From the IMG/VR virus record IMGVR_UViG_3300030329_001380, positions 1 to 29,824 of that record: DNA of 29,824 bases; one strand, 5' to 3'. The position numbers and the translations under genes were made by a program. The stretch is from a virus (lineage: Duplodnaviria; Caudoviricetes). Below the pieces are notes generated by a model. The model had not been told where the DNA came from, did not search any database, and saw only the letters and a program-made list of their open reading frames with translations. Shown one piece after another: positions 25,492 to 29,824 of this stretch (position 1 is the stretch's first letter; every line of letters begins with the position of its first letter).

Positions 25492-26274
25492 ATGGCAAAA
25501 AGGTTCATAGATAGTGGTATATTTGATAGTGCAGATTTTAGGCACTTAAAGTGTGAGTATAAGTTGTTTTGGTTTTATTTGTTAACTAAAGTTAATCATG
25601 CAGGTATATGGATTAACCCTGATTTTGAATTAGCAGAATTTCAACTAGGTGGAGTAAAGCTGGACAAAAATAAGATTATGGATATATATAAAGATGATAT
25701 TGAAGTAATTAATGGAAAGCATATATATTTAAAGAAATATGTAGATTTCCAATATGGAAAGCTAAACCCTAAAGTAAAAGCACATTTAAGTGTAATAAAA
25801 ATATTAGAAAAGTATAATATAAGAGTTAGCAAAGAGTTAGGTAAGAGTTCTGAAACTCTTAAAGATATATATAAAGATAAAATTAAAGATATAGATACTA
25901 GGGAAAATGAATTTTATGCACAAGTACTAAAAGTAGCAGATACTAAATATAATAAAGAGTTATTAGATGATTTTTGTAATTACTGGACTGAAAAGAATAT
26001 AGGTGGCTCTAAAATGAGATATGAAAAGCAAAATACATTTGATATAAGTAGAAGATTAGCAAGATGGCTTAAGATGTCTAAAGATTGGAATAAAGACACA
26101 AAAACAAATGAAGATGGCTATAATATAAATGATTTTAAATTTGATACTACTGGTAATGCTAGATTAGGGTATTGTAAAAAATGCACTTTAGTAGATTTTT
26201 ATGATAAATGGAATATATTAAAAGAATATTCAAAGTGTTGTAATGATAAATTGTTACCAACTAAAAATGGGTAG
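25492..26274 (+). CDS. Replication initiator / replisome organiser
   Basis: GGGAG RBS; N-terminal wHTH-like region (KLFWFYLLTKVNHAG), repetitive linker with iteron-like DNA, and DFCNYWTE...MRYEKQNTFD...RLARW domain. Confidence 0.7.
   Translation: MAKRFIDSGIFDSADFRHLKCEYKLFWFYLLTKVNHAGIWINPDFELAEFQLGGVKLDKNKIMDIYKDDIEVINGKHIYLKKYVDFQYGKLNPKVKAHLSVIKILEKYNIRVSKELGKSSETLKDIYKDKIKDIDTRENEFYAQVLKVADTKYNKELLDDFCNYWTEKNIGGSKMRYEKQNTFDISRRLARWLKMSKDWNKDTKTNEDGYNINDFKFDTTGNARLGYCKKCTLVDFYDKWNILKEYSKCCNDKLLPTKNG
25820..25890. promoter_or_regulatory. Putative replication origin (iterons plus AT-rich tract) inside rep gene
   Basis: AAGAGTT at 25821, 25832 and 25843, inverted AACTCTT at 25854 (11-bp period), then AT-rich AAGATATATATAAAGATAAA; lambda-O-like placement. 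Confidence 0.6.
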
Positions 26275-26325
26275 GGTGTTTTTCATAAGCCCACACTACT
26301 TATGTTTCTCCCACATCCTACCCAT
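26267..26325 (+). ncRNA. Putative structured RNA with exposed anti-SD sequence
   Basis: 13-bp outer stem ATGGGTAGGGTGT/ACATCCTACCCAT (one G-U), inner CATAAG/CTTATG stem; 26299-26311 is the exact reverse complement of 23230-23242. Confidence 0.5.
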
Positions 26326-26331
26326 AATATT

Positions 26332-26745
26332 ATGAAGATAAGATTTGTAATAAAAGGAGAACCAATAGCACAAAAAAGGCATAGGCATCACAGATTTGGT
26401 GTTTATGACCCTTCATCCAAAGACAAAACATACATATCAACAGTTATTCACTCCCACATCCCACAAGTCAAGTTGAAGGGTGCTATTGTTCTCCACATAG
26501 ATTTTTATTGTAAAAGACCTAAATACCACTTTGGTACTGGAAAGAATAAAGATAAAATTAAAAAGAAATATCAAAACATATACAAACTAACAAAACCTGA
26601 TATAGATAATTATATTAAGTTCTACATGGATTGCTTCAATGATAAAATATGGGAAGATGATTCACAGGTTATTAATATTAGTTCAAGTAAAAGATATAGT
26701 AATTCAGAGCCTAAAACAGAAGTACACATATACCAATTAAATTAG
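26332..26745 (+). CDS. rusA: RusA-family Holliday junction resolvase
   Basis: FVIKGEP, KPDIDNYIKFYMD and WEDDSQV motifs; start more likely ATG 26332 than 26302. Confidence 0.9.
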   Translation: MKIRFVIKGEPIAQKRHRHHRFGVYDPSSKDKTYISTVIHSHIPQVKLKGAIVLHIDFYCKRPKYHFGTGKNKDKIKKKYQNIYKLTKPDIDNYIKFYMDCFNDKIWEDDSQVINISSSKRYSNSEPKTEVHIYQLN

Positions 26746-26753
26746 GGTAAAGT

Positions 26754-27362
26754 ATGATTGATTTAATATTAGATGATTGTATGAATGTTATGAAAAAGTA
26801 TGATGATAATCATTTTGATTTGGCTATTGTAGACCCACCTTATGGATTAAAGAGATTTAACAATTTAAATGGTAGTTGTAGTAAATTTGCTACAAAAAAA
26901 CTACAAAAATGGAACAAAAAACCAACATCACAATATTTTGATGAATTATTTAGGGTAAGTAAAAAACAAATTATATGGGGTGCAAATAATTTTGATTTAC
27001 CAACATCAGAATATTTTATTGTGTGGAAGAAAAGTAACAAATTAAATTTTAGTTTTGCTATGGTGGAACAGGCTTGGACTAACATCAGAAAACCTGCTAA
27101 AATATTTACACATTATGAAGAAGCAGATAGAAAACATAGAATACACCCAACTCAAAAACCTGTAAAGCTATATAAATGGATATTACAAAACTATGCTGAA
27201 AAAGGACAGAAGATATTAGATACTCATTTAGGTTCAGGTTCAATAGCAGTTGCTTGTTATTATGCAGGTGTAGATTTAGTAGGCATTGAAATAGATGAAA
27301 AATATTACAATAAGGCTAAAGAAAGAATAGATAAACTAACTTTACAGAATACATTATTTTAA
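26754..27362 (+). CDS. Orphan DNA amino-methyltransferase (N6-A/N4-C, beta class)
   Basis: DPPY (motif IV) near N-terminus, HPTQKP, then LDTHLGSGS (motif I) and GIEID. Confidence 0.9.
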   Translation: MIDLILDDCMNVMKKYDDNHFDLAIVDPPYGLKRFNNLNGSCSKFATKKLQKWNKKPTSQYFDELFRVSKKQIIWGANNFDLPTSEYFIVWKKSNKLNFSFAMVEQAWTNIRKPAKIFTHYEEADRKHRIHPTQKPVKLYKWILQNYAEKGQKILDTHLGSGSIAVACYYAGVDLVGIEIDEKYYNKAKERIDKLTLQNTLF

Positions 27363-27403
27363 ATTAGTTATTTTTTATTTCACAAAATATTCTATATTAT
27401 GTT

Positions 27404-27760
27404 GTGGAAAAGAACACTAAAAAGACACAAAAGAAACAAAAAATTAATAAAAAAGAAATATTTTTAAAGTGTTTCCAACAAAAGTTGTGCCACATATCTA
27501 AAGCATGTGATGCAGCTAACATTTCAAGAAAGACTTATTATAGATGGATTGAAGATGATGAGTTTAAAGACCAAGTAGAAGCAGCTAAAGAAGGTTTGAT
27601 AGACCATGTAGAGCATCAGTTGCTACAAAAGATAGATAGTGGTGATACTACTGCTATTATATTTTTCTTAAAAACAAGAGCAAAAGAAAGAGGATATGTT
27701 GAGAAGCAAGAGATAACATTAAGTAAACCTATTGAGGATATAACCTTTGATGAAATCTAA
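27404..27760 (+). CDS. terS: Terminase small subunit
   Basis: HTH (ISKACDAANISRKTYYRW), GDTTAIIFFLKTRAKERGYVE; directly upstream of TerL. Confidence 0.8.
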   Translation: MEKNTKKTQKKQKINKKEIFLKCFQQKLCHISKACDAANISRKTYYRWIEDDEFKDQVEAAKEGLIDHVEHQLLQKIDSGDTTAIIFFLKTRAKERGYVEKQEITLSKPIEDITFDEI

Positions 27761-29018
27761 TGTAATGACATTAAAGAAAGAGAATTACTTTCCTAGCCAA
27801 TGGGAATTTCTAACTAATAAAAAGAAGATTAGCTGTTATACTGGTGGCTTTGGTTCAGGAAAAACTCATAGCCTACTAGCAAAGGTTTTTTATTGCCTTA
27901 TTACAAAGAAGAATAAAGATGGTAAATCAAATGGGTTGATATTATATCCTACTTATTCATTAGCAGAAGAAGTATTTGTAGAACCATTTAGAGAAATACT
28001 AGAAAGAAATGGAATTGATTATGATTACAATATAGCTAATCACAGATTTAAAACTGCTTATGGAAACATTAAGATATATCAAACAAGGCATCCTCAAAGA
28101 ATTGTAGGTAGTTCATATACTTATGTAGGTATTGATGAACTTGATATTGAATCATATAAGTATGCAGAGATGGCTGTACAAAAAGCATTAGGTAGGTTAA
28201 GAGGTTGTGAAGATGCTGAACTATTTATAACAACTACTCCTGAAGGCTTTGGCTATACATATCATTTTATGGTAGAACAATCTTCAGATAATAAATTATT
28301 GGTATATGGTAAAACTACTGATAATCCTTATCTGCCTAAATCATATATAGAATCATTAAAAGAGAATTATGATGAGCAATTATTAAAAGCCTACATTGAT
28401 GGCAGATTTGTAAATTTAAATCAAAAAGGAACTTATTATGGATTTGACAGAACTAATGCAGTCAGAGAATGCAAATACAACAGAAGCCTACCAATCAGAA
28501 TTGGAATGGACTGGAATGTTGACCCTTTATGTGCAGCCATATTTCAAATCTACCCAAACAAGCAAATTAAAGTTATTAAAGAATTGGCATTATCCCATCA
28601 AGGTACAGGTGATTTAATGACACAAAGGATGTGTGATACTATAAGGGATTTATATCCTAATAATAAATATATTGCTTATCCTGATGCAACAGGTGCTGCT
28701 AGGCATAGTTCAGCACAATATTCAGATATAGATATAGTAAGAGCAAATGGGTTTCAAGTATTAGTTAAGCATATTAATCCAAGAGTAGTTAATAGGGTTA
28801 ATGCTATGAATAACCAACTATCAAAGAACAATATAATTATAGACCCAAGTTGTAGATTACTAATAAAAGATTTAGAGCAAGTGTGTAATAAAGAGGGTAC
28901 AAGAGATATAGACAAATCAAATAAAGAACTATCACACATGAGTGATGCTTTAGGGTATGGGATAGAATGGGAATATCCAACTAAAAGACCTAACAGAATA
29001 GGAGTAACAGACAGATGA
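27747..29018 (+). CDS. terL: Terminase large subunit
   Basis: Walker A GGFGSGKT, Walker B YVGIDE, coupling motif TTTP, RNaseH-like GMDWN...HMSDALGY. Confidence 0.95.
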   Translation: MMKSNVMTLKKENYFPSQWEFLTNKKKISCYTGGFGSGKTHSLLAKVFYCLITKKNKDGKSNGLILYPTYSLAEEVFVEPFREILERNGIDYDYNIANHRFKTAYGNIKIYQTRHPQRIVGSSYTYVGIDELDIESYKYAEMAVQKALGRLRGCEDAELFITTTPEGFGYTYHFMVEQSSDNKLLVYGKTTDNPYLPKSYIESLKENYDEQLLKAYIDGRFVNLNQKGTYYGFDRTNAVRECKYNRSLPIRIGMDWNVDPLCAAIFQIYPNKQIKVIKELALSHQGTGDLMTQRMCDTIRDLYPNNKYIAYPDATGAARHSSAQYSDIDIVRANGFQVLVKHINPRVVNRVNAMNNQLSKNNIIIDPSCRLLIKDLEQVCNKEGTRDIDKSNKELSHMSDALGYGIEWEYPTKRPNRIGVTDR

Positions 29019-29824
29019 TACCAAATTTAGGAGAACTTGCTGTTTTAATGTCAAGATGGGATGCTAATCAGCAAAGAAAAAACAAATGGAAGCAAACAAG
29101 ATATGAAGCACTTGATTACTATAATGGCAAAACAAAAGAATATGTACAGGATTATTTTAGTTCATCAATGCTTGACAAGATAGTAACAGGCAATGTTAAT
29201 ATAACTAAAAGAATTATAGATAGAATTAGTTTAGTATATATGGTTTCTCCTAAAAGATTATACACTAAAGATGATATACATTTATCCTTCCATGAAAAAG
29301 ATATGAAGCTACAAAGATTAGAAAGAATGACTAACCTAATTGATGGTGTTTTATTTAAACCTTGTTACAGATACAATGATAACAATGAAGGCTTTATTGA
29401 ATATGATATTATATTTGATTATGAGCCTATATTTCATGGTGATGACCCTATGAAGCCTGATGCTTATGTTTATCCTATTAACATGAAATCATCAGTAATG
29501 ACAGATGATGTAGAAAGATTTGCATATTGGGATAAAGACAATCACTTTATATTTGATAGAAATAGCAAGATATACTCTAATGAAGATAATCCTGAAATGG
29601 TTAATCCTTATGGTGTAATACCATTAATAGAATCATACAGGGATGGTAAACCTGAATACAGTTACATGGACACAGATGCTAGTATAGATTTAATACAAAC
29701 TAATCTATCTATTAATGTAGCAGAAACAAATAAAAATGCTAATGTAATGTTTCAATCATTTGGGTATATGTATGTTAATGGAGCAGGAGTAGATAAAGAT
29801 GTAATGGAAGTAGGACAGGATAAG
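29015..29824 (+). CDS. Portal protein, SPP1-like (3' truncated)
   Basis: Not in ORF track. ATGA overlap with TerL; open to window end: MIPNLGELAV...LDYYNG...NITKRIIDRISLVY...NPYGVIPLI. Confidence 0.85.
   Translation, partial: MIPNLGELAVLMSRWDANQQRKNKWKQTRYEALDYYNGKTKEYVQDYFSSSMLDKIVTGNVNITKRIIDRISLVYMVSPKRLYTKDDIHLSFHEKDMKLQRLERMTNLIDGVLFKPCYRYNDNNEGFIEYDIIFDYEPIFHGDDPMKPDAYVYPINMKSSVMTDDVERFAYWDKDNHFIFDRNSKIYSNEDNPEMVNPYGVIPLIESYRDGKPEYSYMDTDASIDLIQTNLSINVAETNKNANVMFQSFGYMYVNGAGVDKDVMEVGQDK

Noticed and set aside
25413-25514. 33-aa ORF MKLQYYRCSKCSKLGTNKRHHRREKKDGKKVHR
   Set aside because: Fills the gap and has a CxxC, but is very short, overlaps the rep start and has no clear RBS; not enough support.
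24765-27362. Type II restriction-modification pair (PD-(D/E)XK protein plus MTase)
   Set aside because: The genes are separated by rep and rusA and both types are common as stand-alone phage genes; no evidence of a cognate pair.
693-28939. All minus-strand ORFs in the track (e.g. 693-1118, 14767-15321, 19874-20179)
   Set aside because: They lie antisense to well-supported + strand genes, have shadow-ORF composition (Ser/Leu/Phe-rich) and show no RBS or family motif.
1-29824. Alternative genetic code or Mollicutes host to explain CG loss
   Set aside because: TAA, TAG and TGA all end genes at sensible boundaries, Trp is TGG, and lysozyme plus OMP imply a walled diderm host.

Overview
Most of a small, AT-rich tailed-phage genome with siphovirus-type gene content, every credible gene on the + strand. 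The window starts inside a MuF/gp7-type minor head gene carrying a C-terminal ADP-ribosyltransferase-like domain. It then runs through scaffold, major capsid, a lysis/envelope block (GH24 lysozyme, small membrane proteins, metallophosphoesterase, MshEN-motif membrane protein, beta-barrel OMP), structural/fibre genes, head-tail and tail genes (tail tube, frameshifted chaperone pair, tape measure, large tail-tip protein with a dockerin-like end), a terminator, small early genes, SSAP, nuclease, replication initiator, RusA, an orphan DNA methyltransferase, TerS and TerL, and ends inside the portal gene. Gene order suggests only the portal-MuF junction is missing from a circularly permuted genome. 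No integrase, repressor, tRNA or CRISPR was seen. Most notable: (1) I found no CG dinucleotide and no GATC in my reading; (2) a 71-bp second copy of the rep-gene iteron-like array lies in the tail operon; (3) two intergenic stem-loops display sequences complementary to specific phage ribosome-binding sites; (4) a c-di-GMP-receptor-like MshEN motif sits on a dual-start membrane protein between a phosphoesterase and an OMP; (5) a MuF-ART fusion is followed by a partial gene duplication; (6) a possible dockerin/cohesin pair occurs in tail proteins. All family calls come from motif recognition by eye, without database searches.
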